This document shows, piece by piece, positions 15,720-30,955 of a stretch of DNA of 64,000 nt. A model generated the notes under the pieces. The model was not told the origin of the DNA. It ran no database searches and saw only the letters and a list, made by a program, of their open reading frames with translations. The position numbers and the translations under genes were made by a program. Origin of the DNA: the human T2T-CHM13v2.0 reference genome, Homo sapiens. Location of the stretch: NCBI RefSeq assembly GCF_009914755.1, contig NC_060925.1. One strand, written 5' to 3'. Within the stretch, counting starts at the first letter, position 1; each line of letters begins with the position of its first letter.

Positions 15720-16610
15720 ATTTATAAAAGGTTTGTTGCAATGTGCAATCTCAAACTATACCTATAAACTTTGCATGCTCTGTTACATTAAAATCCACTT
15801 GTCTGTCTTGCACTTTGAGGAGACCTTTCACTCATGTCTGATTTTGTAACATTATACGTTGGTAATTTGGAACATACTGGTTTACCAAGTTATGCAGATC
15901 TTCCAAATGCTGACGCAAAATCACAGTTATTAATATCACTGCCAATTTCATCAGAAAAGTTTTTCAGTATTGGGAAGCTGTCAAACTCATGGTGGTGGAT
16001 AACATTTTCCAAGATTCTAATTTTCTCTTGAAAACTTCAGTTTTATCATTGGCAACAGATACTTATTTTCCCTGAAGTGACAGACTCATATCATTCATTT
16101 TTGAGAAAATGTCTGCCAAATACCCAAGTCTGAATAACTGTAGTCTGTCATTGCTTCATTCAAATAATAAAAAAGAGTTTATAGAGTGGTCTGTTCAGCT
16201 CACAATTCAAATACTCACACAAGTGCTTTTCCTTGAAAATATGAAACTAGCATATTTCTCCATGTAGCAGAAGTACTTTATATGTATTTCTCAGTTCATT
16301 ATATAGAATATTTAAAAATTCATTTGCTGACTTTGCTTGTTTTGTTTGGTTAGGTTTTGGGGAGGTTTTGGTGGGTTTTGTTTTTGTTTTTGTTTTGTTT
16401 TTACTGTATGTATGCGGCAGTGGATAATGTGGTGACTACTAGTACAGTTTGGTGCCCTATGTCGATTCATGCTGAAGGACTAGCAGTTTTATCCAACAAT
16501 GGTTTTGCATCATCGGTGCATTATTATTAAAACAGTTTTGACCTCATGGACCTCCTGATAGAGTTGCAAGGACCTCCAGGGATGTGCTGATGACACTCTG
16601 AAAACTGCTG
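15720..16610 (-). mobile_element. hAT-Charlie DNA transposon fossil (Charlie1-like)
   Basis: Reverse end cagcagttttcagagtgt..ggaggtccatgaggtcaaaactgttttaataataat matches the recalled Charlie1 terminus. Confidence 0.7.
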
Positions 16611-18222
16611 CCTTATACAATGACCCTTGTATATTCATTCTGACAAAATAGGATTTGAAATAAAGGTATAATAAGGAAAGAGTACAGGAGATAGGCAAGG
16701 AAAAAAGTTTTAGCTTAGGTTCTAAAAATGAAAGAGTCTTAATTTCTACTTAAGTTGTGTCAAAAGTAACTTAATGAAAGATACTTAAGGGAGTTGATCT
16801 TAGGGATATGCTATAAAGCTAATCATTGCAGTTCAGTGGTAAAATGAAGGAATAAAGTTAACAAAAACCTAACATAGAATAAAAGATTAAATTTAAAATT
16901 ATAAAAGGATTTTGCATCTGAAACATGGAAAATGCATTTTGATTTCTCACGATTTTATTTCCTCTCTACTATGCAGTAATCTTGATTTGACAATATTTCA
17001 CTGGACAAATTTTGGAAAGGACTCCGTGTTCTTGTCCAGTATATAAGAATAACAATTCCTTATTTTAGAATTGTACTTTAACATTTCAAAGAAATGTAAA
17101 CTCTGTAGCTTTAATTTAACAGCATTGAGTAGCAACTCTACTACCAGCCTCAGAATTGTGGGAAAATTTACTCCCAAAGTAATGTAGCAAATAATAAAAT
17201 TTTGAATGCAAATGTATGTAGTATGATACAACAGGTGTGTGAATCAAATGAAAAGTACATTTTTGCACATCGACACATTTAATATTCATTTAAAATGCTT
17301 GGTTTTGAAGGGAATTCTAAGTTGAAACTTTGTCAACCTTGTAATTACTTTCTATTTTTTAAACATTTTACTGGTGCTTTTATAAACGTAAAGAATTTTT
17401 CTTGTAGAAAATATAGCAGTCATTTTATATTTTTTCTATAAGAACAAGGGGAAAATAGGTCAATAAAACATCTTAATCCCATGTTACCATTTTGTATGTT
17501 ATGGATTTTTTTTATTAGAGAAAAATACACATTTACAGTAGAAAATTTGGGAAATATTCAAATAAAAACTGATATAAGAAAAAGAAATCATAAAATATGA
17601 TAAAATTTCTCTCTCATTAAACCAGTTAAACAGTCAATGGAAATAAAAACATAAAATAGTCATTTTTTTTATAATCATTGCCTTCAAGTAGGCCAGGTAG
17701 AAGCTTTATTTTCTATCTGATACTGATATATAGGGGAGGACACAAAGCTTCGCCATGTTAAACTCACAGCTATGTAGACATTGAAGCCTGCTGCCACCAG
17801 GGCTTACCAGATGAACACAGGACCTAGAGTCTCCTGAAGAGGTCATTCCCTACAGCTTCTCCTCCTTCACTCTTTTCTACCACTTGCCAACTATAGTCAC
17901 TGCTAATATTCTTTCACTCTATTTTTGCTCTTGTTTGATCTCTCTATACAGAGTATATCTTAATATTATCTAAGTACTTTTCTCATGCCTTTAACCTTTT
18001 TTGAGCACCAATTTACTAACTACATATTATGCCATCTATCATATGATTACTTTATAATTTCTCTTTATTGTTAGAATAACTTTGTTTTATAAATCTGACT
18101 TTCATACATCAGATTTTGTTTAAACAGGGCACACTCAAGCTGTAATGAAACCCTATCATTCCCTTCTATGCATCACTACTTCCCTATATAATTTCAATTG
18201 GGCTGCAATGGTTCAGATTGAA

Positions 18223-19268
<1,046 letters not shown>

Positions 19269-21800
19269 TAGGCATGCGTTTATCTATTAGGCTTTGGGAT
19301 ATTCAGTTGTGGGAAGCCAGTCAATTGGTGTTATTTTCTGGAAAAAAAAAATATCCGTTGTCCTCTTTTTTTTTCTCAATCTGTCTCCGCACCACTGCAT
19401 CCCTCACCCTCTCCCACATAAAACATAATGTTTCGAGTGGGCTTTTGAACCTCTCATTTTGTCTGCCCTAGAATGAAAAGCATTACCAGTTAGATACCAA
19501 AAAAATCCCCGTCCCCCAAAATTTTGACCAAATGTGGTACTTTTCTTAAAGAAGTCCTATAGTCTCAAAGTGTTGAGCCAAGTGTGTGTACATATGTATG
19601 ATGTATGTATATATGAGGTGTGTGTGTGTATGATGTATGTATATTGGTGTGTGTGTGTGTAAATTCTGAGAAATAAGTTGCCAATGGTTTTCTCTGAAGT
19701 TTTAACTTTACATGGCAGCAGAATATGGGATTTTTGGCTATAAATCCCATCTAATATAAGAGTTTTTCTAGTTCATTTCAGAGATATCCGGCTCTGGACC
19801 TTCCTGGGAATTATGCTGATATCTTCACCAGCCAGAACCACTACCAACACCGGCCGGATGTGTGCCTGCATCATTCCAGATGCAGGCAAAAAAACTCTAG
19901 CACAGCAAATCTGCACTGTCCCAGGGAAGGTGACGAAGTCTCCACAGATGAGGAGAAATTCCCAACTTGAATCAACAATAGGCTTCTCCCCATGTTGAGA
20001 ACAGGCTAAGAGCTTGGTCTTGAGCATTTATTTTTAATATCACAAGTTTTCATACATCTGGAAAGCAGGGTTATTGATGGATGTGCCCTACAGATCCTCT
20101 TTGTAAGCAAAGGATAAGTTGGCCTGATGTGTTGCTATAAGCACTCATAACTCAGAGCATGTCACACAGAAAACAAATAGCTATATAGCCAGATGCACAT
20201 GTGGAAAGGCCTGTGTCTATGCCTGGGAAGGGACACCCCATTACCCATCTGGTTTAACAGTCTTTGTAAAGTCTTGCTTTAGTAGAGACTCTAACAGGTT
20301 AGTAGATAAATCTGCTCAGGACAAATTTTTGACATGGTCCAAATTTTTATGGGATCTGTAGGGAAATTTCCCAGGGTGGCTCTCAGTAATTAATGTTTCC
20401 TGAGAGGATGTACCTAGCTGGAAATGATGACTTGGGGTTCTGTTTATTTATCTGATCTGACTCAGTGAACAAAGACACCTCACCCTGAAGCTTGAATGCA
20501 GGGAAGAAAGAGGGAGCAAGCAGACTCTCGTGTTCTGATGTGAAATGAAGAGACCAATTGTCTCTGATTACAGCTCCTCATTTTGGAGACTGATAATAAT
20601 GTGTATAGATAGATCCCTGAGGAAAGTGAATATTTGAGAAGTAGGGAGAGGAAAAGGAATCACTGCAGGAGACCACACAGGCAGAGAAGTCAGAAGAGAG
20701 CCAGGGCAAAAGGACAAATGAGCTTTATGAAGGAATATGCTTCCATAGTGTTTAATGCAAAAGTGGCGTCAAGAATGATGTGCAGTGCAACATGTTACCT
20801 TCCTTTGGATACACTAATCATGGAGATATTTGGCCAACCTTAGCAAGTGAATTTTTAAGTGAATAATAGAGGTAAGAGACAGATTCTGGGAGCTGAGCAG
20901 CAACTGAGAATCAAACCATGGATGGAGTGAGTATGGGTGAATCTTCCTAGAATCTCTAGGCCTAGAGTCTGTCGTCATGCCCGGGATGATTCTGGCCTTC
21001 CTCCCTGGCAAACTAATAAACTAATAACTAGTTGCTTAAAAAAAAAACAGGAATTCTGGTTTCCTTCATTTAGTTCTATCGAATATGGGGAGCATTAAAG
21101 TAAATTATCCAGGTAACTCTTATTTATCCAGAATCTTATTGGAATGAATCTGCATTCCAATACTTTTTCTAGAGATTGTCACTTTCTCTTCATGTGTGTC
21201 CATCTGGGCTAGGGAGGATTATGAACTCATTCTCCCAATAAATAAACTCATGTTTTAAAGGCCCATTGGAAAAAGTTCTTGAAAAACATTGTAATGAGTT
21301 AAGTGTAAATGAATCAGAAACACAAGGATTGTATTTCCCTGGAAATACACATGGGATGATAAGTAAAAGAGGGAAAATTTTCCACCTTAGGTCTTTACGA
21401 AACAATTGAAATGTGATGCCAAGAAATGATAATCTGTTTTTCCAGTGTTCAAATATCATTAAAATTCCCTGCCTTTCTTTTTCAGGCATGTAATAAAAAA
21501 TGTTTGATACTCAATTGCTTCCTCCACCCTGAAGTGTGACTTTATTAATTCAATTAACTAATGTCCAGTATTTCTTCCCATTTTGTAAACTAAAGGGGCA
21601 TACAGAGTCTTACAAGAAGAACTGATGAAGCAATGGGAGAAAAGCAGTGCTTACAAAGCACAAATGAGCTCTAATAAGCTGTGCTCAGCGGCTTCTCTCA
21701 GGGTTCATATGAGATTATGTTACCACTCAGAGTTAACAGAAAGAAGTTTCTATCCACGATGAAGCTTGCTTTTCTGGAGGCAAAAACGTGTGGGTGAGGC

Positions 21801-21919
21801 AGGAAGGGAAGGGAAGGGAAGGGAAGGGAAGGGAAGCGAAGGGAAGGGAAGGGAAGGGAAGGGAAGGGAAGGGAAGGGAAGGGAAGGGAAGGGAAGAAAT
21901 GGGAAGGGAAGGGAAGGGG
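21801..21919. repeat. (AAGGG)n pentanucleotide tract, ~23 units with two interruptions
   Basis: Read directly. Confidence 0.97.
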
Positions 21920-22422
21920 ACACAGTATTGCCTGCTGGTTCACTAGTATCATTTGTTTTATTAAAAGTCAAACCCTTCCTTTCCCAGATATTGTAATAAT
22001 GGAAAAAGAAACATTTGGTGCCTGGGCTTGGGTAATGAAGTACATCAGTTAGCTTTTCCAGTGTCACAAACCACACCAAAATTTAGTACCTTAAAGCAAT
22101 AAAGATTATTTTTCACTATCCCATGGGTTGCCTGGTAGGTTTTTTGAGTTTGGGCTGGTTGATCAGGGGCTTGATGGTTTAGGGTGGCCTTATTATAACT
22201 CTGCATTATGGGTGATTTTATTGTCTCTTTCTTACTTTTCTACATGTTCCAAATTATGTATATTAAATATCCTTTTTGTAAGTATTCTTTTTTATAAGGA
22301 GCTAATTTTTATGTATTTTTCTTTAACACTTATATAATTAGATTCATGATGTACATAGTTTTATATTGTGATTCTATTTAGTAAAAGTTACATCATTAGA
22401 GTTTCCCCCATCTTAAAAATTT

Positions 22423-22769
22423 CTGTGGTCTGAATGTGTCCTTGAAAATTCTTATGTTAGAAACTTAATTCCCAATGCAACATTGTTGGGAGGTAGGGTC
22501 TTGTGGAAAGTGTTTAAGTCATGAAGGCTCTACCTTCATGAATGAATGAGTTTCATTAAAAGGGCTTAATGGAAGTAGTCCATTCCTTTTGGCCCTTCTA
22601 CCTTCTGCCATGTGAGGACATAGCAAGAAGGCTGTCACTAGACACCAGATGCCAGAGCCTTGATCTTGGACTTCTCATCCTCCAGAATTATATGAAAATA
22701 AATTTCTGTTCTTTCAAAAATACCCGATCTCAGGTAGTTTGTTATGGCAGCACAAAACAGATTGAGACC
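22423..22769 (+). mobile_element. MaLR solo LTR (MSTC/MSTD or MLT1A-like)
   Basis: tgtggtctgaatgtgtcc..ccttgatcttggacttc..aataaatttctgttc..gttatggcagcacaaaacaga. Confidence 0.8.
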
Positions 22770-24138
22770 AAAATTCTCCAAAACTTAATTTTAATGACTG
22801 CATTATAGTCTTTAACTATGCTTCATAATTGAGGTAACCATTTATTTTGTTGATACTTCTATTGTTCCTAAGTTTCACAATATAAATAATACTGTTATAA
22901 ATGTCTTTATTTTAAAAAATTTGAATCTCTATTCTAGTTTCTTGAAATGTAATTATTGAGTCACAGGGTGTGAACTCTCCCAGGACTCTTGATTTATATT
23001 TCCAAATTCAGGAAAAATGAAACGTGTGTTCCCACGAGGCAGAGTCTGAGTATGAACCACACAGTGCTCTCCTGCAGCACTGCTATGAACACACATTGTG
23101 ATGAGCAAAAAAAGAAAGAAAAAAGGAGAAGGGTGTTTTCTTTGTTTTAATTCTCATCATTTTAATTGTTGGTCAGGTTGAACATTTTTAAATATACTTA
23201 TTAGCCTTTCGTTTTTTCATAAATTATATCTATATGACTTTTAACATTTTCATATTGTATGTTAGTCTTTGATATCACTAATTTGTAAGGCCTCTTATAA
23301 AAGACTATTGACCCTGTTTTTCATATCTGCGGTGCATTTTCTTCCAGTTTGTTATTAACCTTTTATGTTTTTTGTCATATTTCAAATTTGTATGTGCATA
23401 AATCTACCAATATTTTCCCCTTTGAATTTTTCCATTATTTTAATACTCAGAAGTAACTTTATTCATTCAGAGATCAGAAATTTACTCGTTTTCTGCTGTT
23501 TTAAAAAAATTTATCTCTTTAATCCAGCTTGAATTTCTTTTGCTAGACTATGCAATTGCAAGCTGTAAGCTGATTTTCCCCCAAATAATTATTTTTTTCT
23601 GCACTCTTTGTGGACTAATCCATACATTCTCCAGGATCTTATGATGTATCTTGTATTATAAACTAATTTCTTATATCCAATTGTCCTCTCAACATCTCTA
23701 AAAGGACATCTATGTGACTAACATATGAAACTAAATTTCTTACCTTCTATAAAATCCTTGCTCCCCACACAGGAATGGAATATCCACCCTTGGATTTGCT
23801 CATGACCCCTTCTTCTCTCACATCTTCATATTTGACCTACTAGCTAAAGTTCTACTTTCAAAATAAAGTTAGAATCTGACCATTGTGCCTACCTGCACTG
23901 CTTCTACTCTGGTCCATCACCATCACCTCTTGCCTGAATTATTAGAATCATTTCATAACCAGTCTATGTACTTCTGCATTAGGTCAGTTTTAGATTATTT
24001 TCAAGACAGCAACAGAATTATATGTAAGATTACATATTTCCTCCACCTGAAGTCCTCAATAATTTCACTTCTTACCCATAAGAGTGAAGTACATATAATT
24101 GACTATGAGGTTCTCCTTTCACTTCCTCTCTTAATACT

Positions 24139-24494
24139 TGATATGCTTTTGCTGTGTCCCCACCCAAATCTCATCTTGAATTCTCATGTGTTGTGGGAGG
24201 GACCCAGTGGAAGGTAATTGAATCATGGGGGCAAGTCTTTCCCATGCTGTTCTTGTGATAGTGAATAAGTATTACGAGATGTGATGGTTTTATAAAGAGG
24301 AGTTCCCCTGCACAAGCTCTCTCTCTTTGCCTGCTGCTATCCATGTAAGACGTGACTTGCTCCTCTTTGCCTTCTACCATGATTATGAGGCCTCCCCAGC
24401 CATGTGGAACTGTAAATCCATTAAACCTCTTTCTTTTGTAAATTTCCCAGTTTTGGGTATGTCTTTATCAGCAGCATGAGAACAGACTAAGACA
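24139..24494 (+). mobile_element. THE1 (MaLR) solo LTR inserted in an L2
   Basis: tgatatg..ccccacccaaatctcatcttgaatt..gactaagaca; TSD atact/atacc. Confidence 0.92.
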
Positions 24495-26890
24495 ATACCT
24501 CACCCTTTATGTCCAACAACAATGGTCTTCATGACCATCTTTGAGAAGTTCAAGTATGCTCTGATATCAGAGCCTTAATACCTGCTGTTTTCTGTACGTG
24601 AAATACCTTTCCACCAGCTGTATGTGTAGCACTCACCCTCACTTCCTCTAGGTTTGCTTAAATGCCACTCTCTTGGTGTAGCCTTGGCTACCCACATTAT
24701 TTTAAATTGCAAGTTGGGAACCTCATATTCTTTCCCACAGTAGATCCCAAAGGGGCCCAGTTTCAGCTCTAGACCCTCATGCTGCATGAAGGGCTGGTAT
24801 GTTCCTCCTGGGAGATGCACACCCTCTAAGCCAGTGAGACTGGGCTCTCCAGCCTCTGTCCCACAACATATCCCAATGGGACCCACTCTCAGCTCTAGCT
24901 TCTCATGCTGCATGAAGGGCTGACAGGTTCCTTCTGGGAGAGACATGACCTCTAAGCCAATGAGACTGGACTCTTCAGCCTCTGCCCTACAGCAGTCTCA
25001 GCTCCAGCCCTCCTGCTGCAGTCAAAAAACTATCCCTTTTATGCAGGGACCTGCTGGTAGACAACATGCCTATCTGAGCCAATGTGATAGGTATCCCAGC
25101 TTCTGTCCCTCAAGAAGGCCCAGTTTCAGCTCCAGCCTCTTCTGTTGCAGTCAAGGTATTACCTTGCTTGTGCAGAGACCTTCTGAGACAATGATGGAGA
25201 TGTGTGACCTTTTGCACAAAGAATTCAAAATAGTTGTTTTAAGGAAGTTCAGCAAACTTCAAGGAAACAGAGAATCAATTGAGACACTTATCAGATAAAT
25301 TAATCAGAGAAATTTAAATAATTTTTTAAAAAACAAAATACAAATCCTGGAACTGAAAAATACAGTAAATGAAATAAAAAATGCAATCAATAGCAGAGCT
25401 GATCAAACAGAAGAAAAAATCAGGGAGCTCAAAGGCAGATTATTTGAAAATACATAGTCAGAGGAGAAAAAAGAATAAAGAATAAAAGGAAATGAAGAAA
25501 GTTTATGGGCTCTATGAGACAACATAAAAAAGCAAATATTTGGGTTATTGGAATTAAAGAAGGAACTGAGAAAGAAAAAGAGAAAGCTTATTCAAAGAAA
25601 TAATAACCAAAAACTTTCCCAATATGGAGAAAGATATAAATATGCATGAATAGGAACATTAAAGGTCACCAATCAAATTCATAAGAATACCTTAAGGCAT
25701 ATTGTAATCAAATCTATAAAGATCAAAGACAAAGAGAGGATTCTGAAAGCAGTGACAGAAAAGAAGCAAATAACATATTTTAAAAAGCCAATGTGCCTGG
25801 CAGCAGACTTCTTGGCAAAATCCTTACAGTCCAGAGAGAGTGAAATGATATATTAAAAGAGCTGAAAGAAAAATACTGTCAACCAAGAATACTGTATTCA
25901 ACAAAGCTATCATTCAGAAATTAAGGAGAGATAAACAGTTTACCAGAAAAACAGAAGCTCAGAGAGTTTGTAGCTACCAGACTGGTCCTACAAGAAATGC
26001 TAAAGCAAGTTCTTCAAACTGAAAGGGAAGAATGCTAATTTGACTGTTAAACTAATGTTGTAACTGTGCTGTTTAAGCCACTTATATCTTTACTAAGAAG
26101 ACTAAAAGAGAAAACTGTTAAAAGTAATGGCCACAACAATTTGTTAGGAGATAGGCAATATAAAAAATACAAATTGTGACATCAAATACTCATAATGTGG
26201 AGAAAGAAGTAAGTTATTGTATACAGGATCTTATGTGGTTGTTTTTTTCTTTTTTTGTGACCAAAGTTAAGTTAGTATCACTTTTAAATAACTTGTTATT
26301 ATAGGACTTTTGTGTAAGCCTCATGACAACCACAAAGCAAAAACCTATAATACATACATTAAAAATAAAAAGTAACAAATTAAAACATACTACCAGAGAA
26401 ATTCATTTAACCCACAAAGGAAGACAGAAAGGAAGAGAGCAAGAGTGGAGTTATAAAACAACTAGAATACAAGTAACAAAATGGCAGTAGTAAGTCCTTA
26501 CCTATCAATAATAACATTGAATGTAATTGAATGTAAATGGATTAAATTATCCAATTAAAAGACATACAGTGGCTGAATAGATTAAAAAACAAGATCCAGT
26601 TCTATGCTGCCTACAAGAAACTTAATTCACCTATAAAGACAAAAAGATTGAAAGTGAAGGGATGGAAAAATATATTCCATGTAAATGGAAACTAAAATAG
26701 AGCAGAAGTAATTATACTTCCCTAGACTTTAGGTAAAAAGGAGTAAAAAGAGACAAAGAAGGTCATTATATAATGTAAAGGGGTAAATTCAGCAAGAACA
26801 TATAATGATAGTAAATATATGTACACCCAACAATGGAGCACCCAAATATATAAAGCAAATGTTAATAGATATAAAGAAGAAGATAGGCTA

Positions 26891-27316
<426 letters not shown>

Positions 27317-28502
27317 TCAAATGGGCATCATAGACATTTACAGAACATTTTATCCAACTGCTGCAGAACACACATTCTTCTCATCAGCACATGAAACAGT
27401 CTCCAAGATAAACCACATGTTAGGCCATAAAACAAGTCTCAACAAACTCAAAAAAGTCAAAATTATATTGAGTATATTTTGTTACCACCGCAGAATAAAA
27501 TAAGAAATAAATAACAAGAGAAATTTTTGAAAATTGTGTAAATACATGGAAATTAAAGAACATGCTTCTGAATGTCCAGTGGTCAATGAAGAAATTAAAA
27601 GGAAACTAAAAAATTTCTTCAAACAAATGCAAATGGAAACATAGCATACCAGAACCTATGGGACACAGCAAAAACAACACTAAGAGAGAATTTTATAGCA
27701 ATAAATATGTACATTTAAAAAACAGAAAGACTTCAAGTAATGCACCTCAAGGACCTAGAAAAGCAATAAAAAAACCAAAGCCAAATTTAATAAGAAAAAA
27801 TAAGTAATTAAGGTCAGTGCAGAAACAAATGAAATTGAGACTAAAATATAAAAGATCAATGAAACAAAAACTTCGTTTTTTTGAAAAGATAAACAAGATT
27901 GAAAACCTTTATCTAGACTAAGAAAAAAAAGAGAGAAAACCCAAATAAATAAAATCAGAGATTAAAAAGGAAACATTATAACTGGTACTACAGAAATACA
28001 AAGGATAATTATAGACTACTATGAAATACGAAGGATAATTATAGACAACTATGAACAACTATATACCACCAAATCAGAAACCTAGGAGAAATTGATAAAT
28101 TCCTAGATACTTACAAACTACCAAGACTGAATCATTTAAAAATAGAAAATATGAACAGACCAATAATAAGCAACAAGAGCAAAACAGTCTCCAATGGAAG
28201 AAAACCCTAGGACCTAATGGATTCACTGCTGAATTCTACCAAACATGTAAAGAACTAATACCAATTATACTTTAATTATTTCAAAAAATTGTAGAGGAGG
28301 GACTATTTCCAAACTAATTCTCTGAGGCCAGCATTACTGTGATACCAAAACCAGAGAAGAACATCCCTCAAATCAAACAAATAAACAAACAAACAAACAA
28401 AATACAAAACACTAGAGGCCAACATCCCTGATGGACATAGATGCAAAAATTCTCAACAGAATATTAGGAAACCAAGTTCAACACACATTAAAAAGATCAC
28501 TC

Positions 28503-28716
28503 GCCAACACATGGACACATAGAAAAGAACAACACACACTTGGGCCTTTTGGAGGGTGGAGAGTGGGAGGAGGGAAAGGATCAGGAAAAACAACTAATGG
28601 GTGCTGGGGTTAATACCTGGGCGATGAAATAATCTGTGCAACAAACCCCCATGACACAAGTTTACCTATTTAACAAACCTGCACTTGTACTCCTGAACTT
28701 AAAAGTTAAAAAAAAA
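28503..28716 (+). mobile_element. L1PA13-16-type 3'UTR insertion
   Basis: aacacatggacac..aacaaacctgcacttgtac..acttaaaagttaaaa; TSD ending in atcactc. Confidence 0.85.
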
Positions 28717-29082
28717 ATCACTCATCATGATAAAATGAGATTTATCTTAGGGATACAAGGATGGTTCAACATGTGCAAATCAATAAACATGATACACCAC
28801 ATCAAAAGAATGAAGGATGAAAACCATATGATCATTGCAATAGATGCTGAAAAGGCATTCAATAACATTCAACATTCCTTTATTATAAAATTTCTCAGCA
28901 AGTTGAGTATAGAAGAAACATGATATAGGCCATTTATGACAAACCCACAGCTAATATCAGACTAAACAGAGAAAAATTGAAAGCCTTTCCACTAATACAT
29001 AGAATGGGACAAAGATGCCCACTTTCACCACTTCTATTCAACATAGTACTGGAAGTCCTAGCCAGCATTTAGGTGAGATAAA

Positions 29083-29440
29083 TGATGTGGTTTGGCTGTG
29101 TCTGCACCCAAATCTCATCTTGAATTGTAGCTCCCATAATTCCCTCATGTTGTGAGAGGGATCCAGTGGAAGATAACTGAATCATGGGTTGCCTCATACT
29201 GTTCTTGTTGTAGTGAGTAAGTCTCACAAGAGCTGATGATTTTATAAGGGGAAACCCCTCTTGCTTGGCTCTCATTCTCTTCTCTTTTCTGCCACCATGT
29301 CAGATGTGCCTTTCACCTTCTGCCATGATTGTGAGGCCTTCCCATCCACGTGGAACTGTGAGTCCATTAAACCTCTCTCTTTTACAAATTGCCTAGTCTT
29401 GTGTAGGTCTTTATTAGCAGTGTGAAAATGGACTAATACA
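29083..29440 (+). mobile_element. THE1 (MaLR) solo LTR
   Basis: tgatgtggtttggctgtgtc..gactaataca; interrupts L1 RT sequence. Confidence 0.92.
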
Positions 29441-29682
29441 AGAAATAAAGGACATCTAAATTAAAAAGAAAGAAGTCAGATTATCATCGTTGGTAGACAA
29501 CGTGATCTTATATTTAGAAAAACCTAAAGGCTCCACTAAAAAACTCTTAGAGAATTTATTTAACTCTTAAATGAAATTAGTAAAGTTGCAGGATACAACA
29601 TCAAAAATCAGTTACATTTATATACACTACCAGCAGTCAACTTGAAAAAGAAATCAAAGCAGCAATCCCATTTACAATTACC

Positions 29683-30028
29683 CATAGTTTTGCTTTCTGT
29701 AGTTTCAGTTGCCTGTGGTCATTCGTGGTTCAAAAATAATTAACTGCTGTATAATAAGATACTTTGAGAGAGAGAGACAGAGAGACAGAGAGAGGGAGAG
29801 ACCAAGTTTACATAAGTTTTATTTCAGTATATTGGTATGTTTGTACTATTTTATCATTCGTTGTTGTTGATCTCTTACTGTGCCTAATTTTTAAATTAAA
29901 CTTTATTGAAGGTAAGTATGTATAGGAAAAAAAACATGGTATATATATGGTTCAGTACTATCCATGGTTTCAGATACTCACTGGGGAGATCTTGGAACAT
30001 ATCTCTCACAGATAAGGGGGAACTACTG
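29683..30028 (-). mobile_element. MER44 (TcMar-Tigger) DNA transposon
   Basis: Terminal gataagggggaactactg followed by TA; ctcttactgtgcctaattt..aaattaaactttat. Confidence 0.8.
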
Positions 30029-30445
30029 TATGATAATGTTTTATGGACTTTTTTTTTCTATTTTGCACTAAAAGAATTTCATTCTAAATTCTTAATCTTT
30101 TCTAACGTTCGCCATGTCTAAACGAAAATACAACATAACTAGTATCCCTCCTGCCAAATTTCCACATCTCTGGAAGGATAACTTAGAGAATAAAATCCTA
30201 TTACTTGGGGAGTTTTATTTAATGTGAGGGTAGGATGTATTTTTTTTGACAAAATTAGGCATAATTATTTAGTTGTAGTTTTAAAGAAATATTCTTGTTA
30301 ATTATTAATGAAACTGTAAAAATAAATATAAAAATCAAATACAATCGAACTATACTATAATGCACATGCTGGGGATAGGGTCAACGTCTTACTTTTTAGT
30401 TGGTTTTTCTATTAGATATTGTTTTATATTAGGAATTGTTTTTAG

Positions 30446-30955
30446 CAGAAAATAAATCATTCTACCAAAAGGGCATGTGCACTCACATGTTCATCACAGC
30501 ATTATTCACAATAGGAAAGACACGGGATCAACCTAGGTGCCCATCGGTGGTGGATTGGGTAAAGAAAATATGGAACATATGCTACGTATACACCATGAAA
30601 TACTACACGGCCATAACAAAGAACAAAGCCATGTCCCTTGCAGCAACATGGATGCAGCAGGAGACCATTATCCTAAGTGAATTAGCACAAATACTGCATG
30701 TTCTCGCTTATCAGTTGGAGCGAAATATTGGGTGCTCATGGACATAAAGATGAAAACAATAGGCACTCTGAACCACTACAGAGGGTAGGGAGGGAAGGGT
30801 AAAAGTTGAAAAACTAATTACTGGGTACTATGCTCACTACCCAGATGATCAGATCAATCTCAGTCATACCCCAAACTTCAGCATCGCATAATATACTCAT
30901 GTAACAAACCTGCACATGTACCCCTGGGATCTAAAATAAAAGTTGAAATTATTCT
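30446..30955 (+). mobile_element. L1PA16/L1PB-type 3' end
   Basis: CTHMFITALFTIGKTRDQPRCPSVVDWVKKIW; gtaacaaacctgcacatgtacccc..aaataaaagttgaaa. Confidence 0.88.

Noticed and set aside
21698-22079. PFPSL/GREGK repeat proteins
   Set aside because: Translations of the (AAGGG)n microsatellite; the same applies to 57971-58305
27993-28052. In-frame 30-bp tandem duplication in L1 ORF2
   Set aside because: Ordinary slippage in a dead element with many stops
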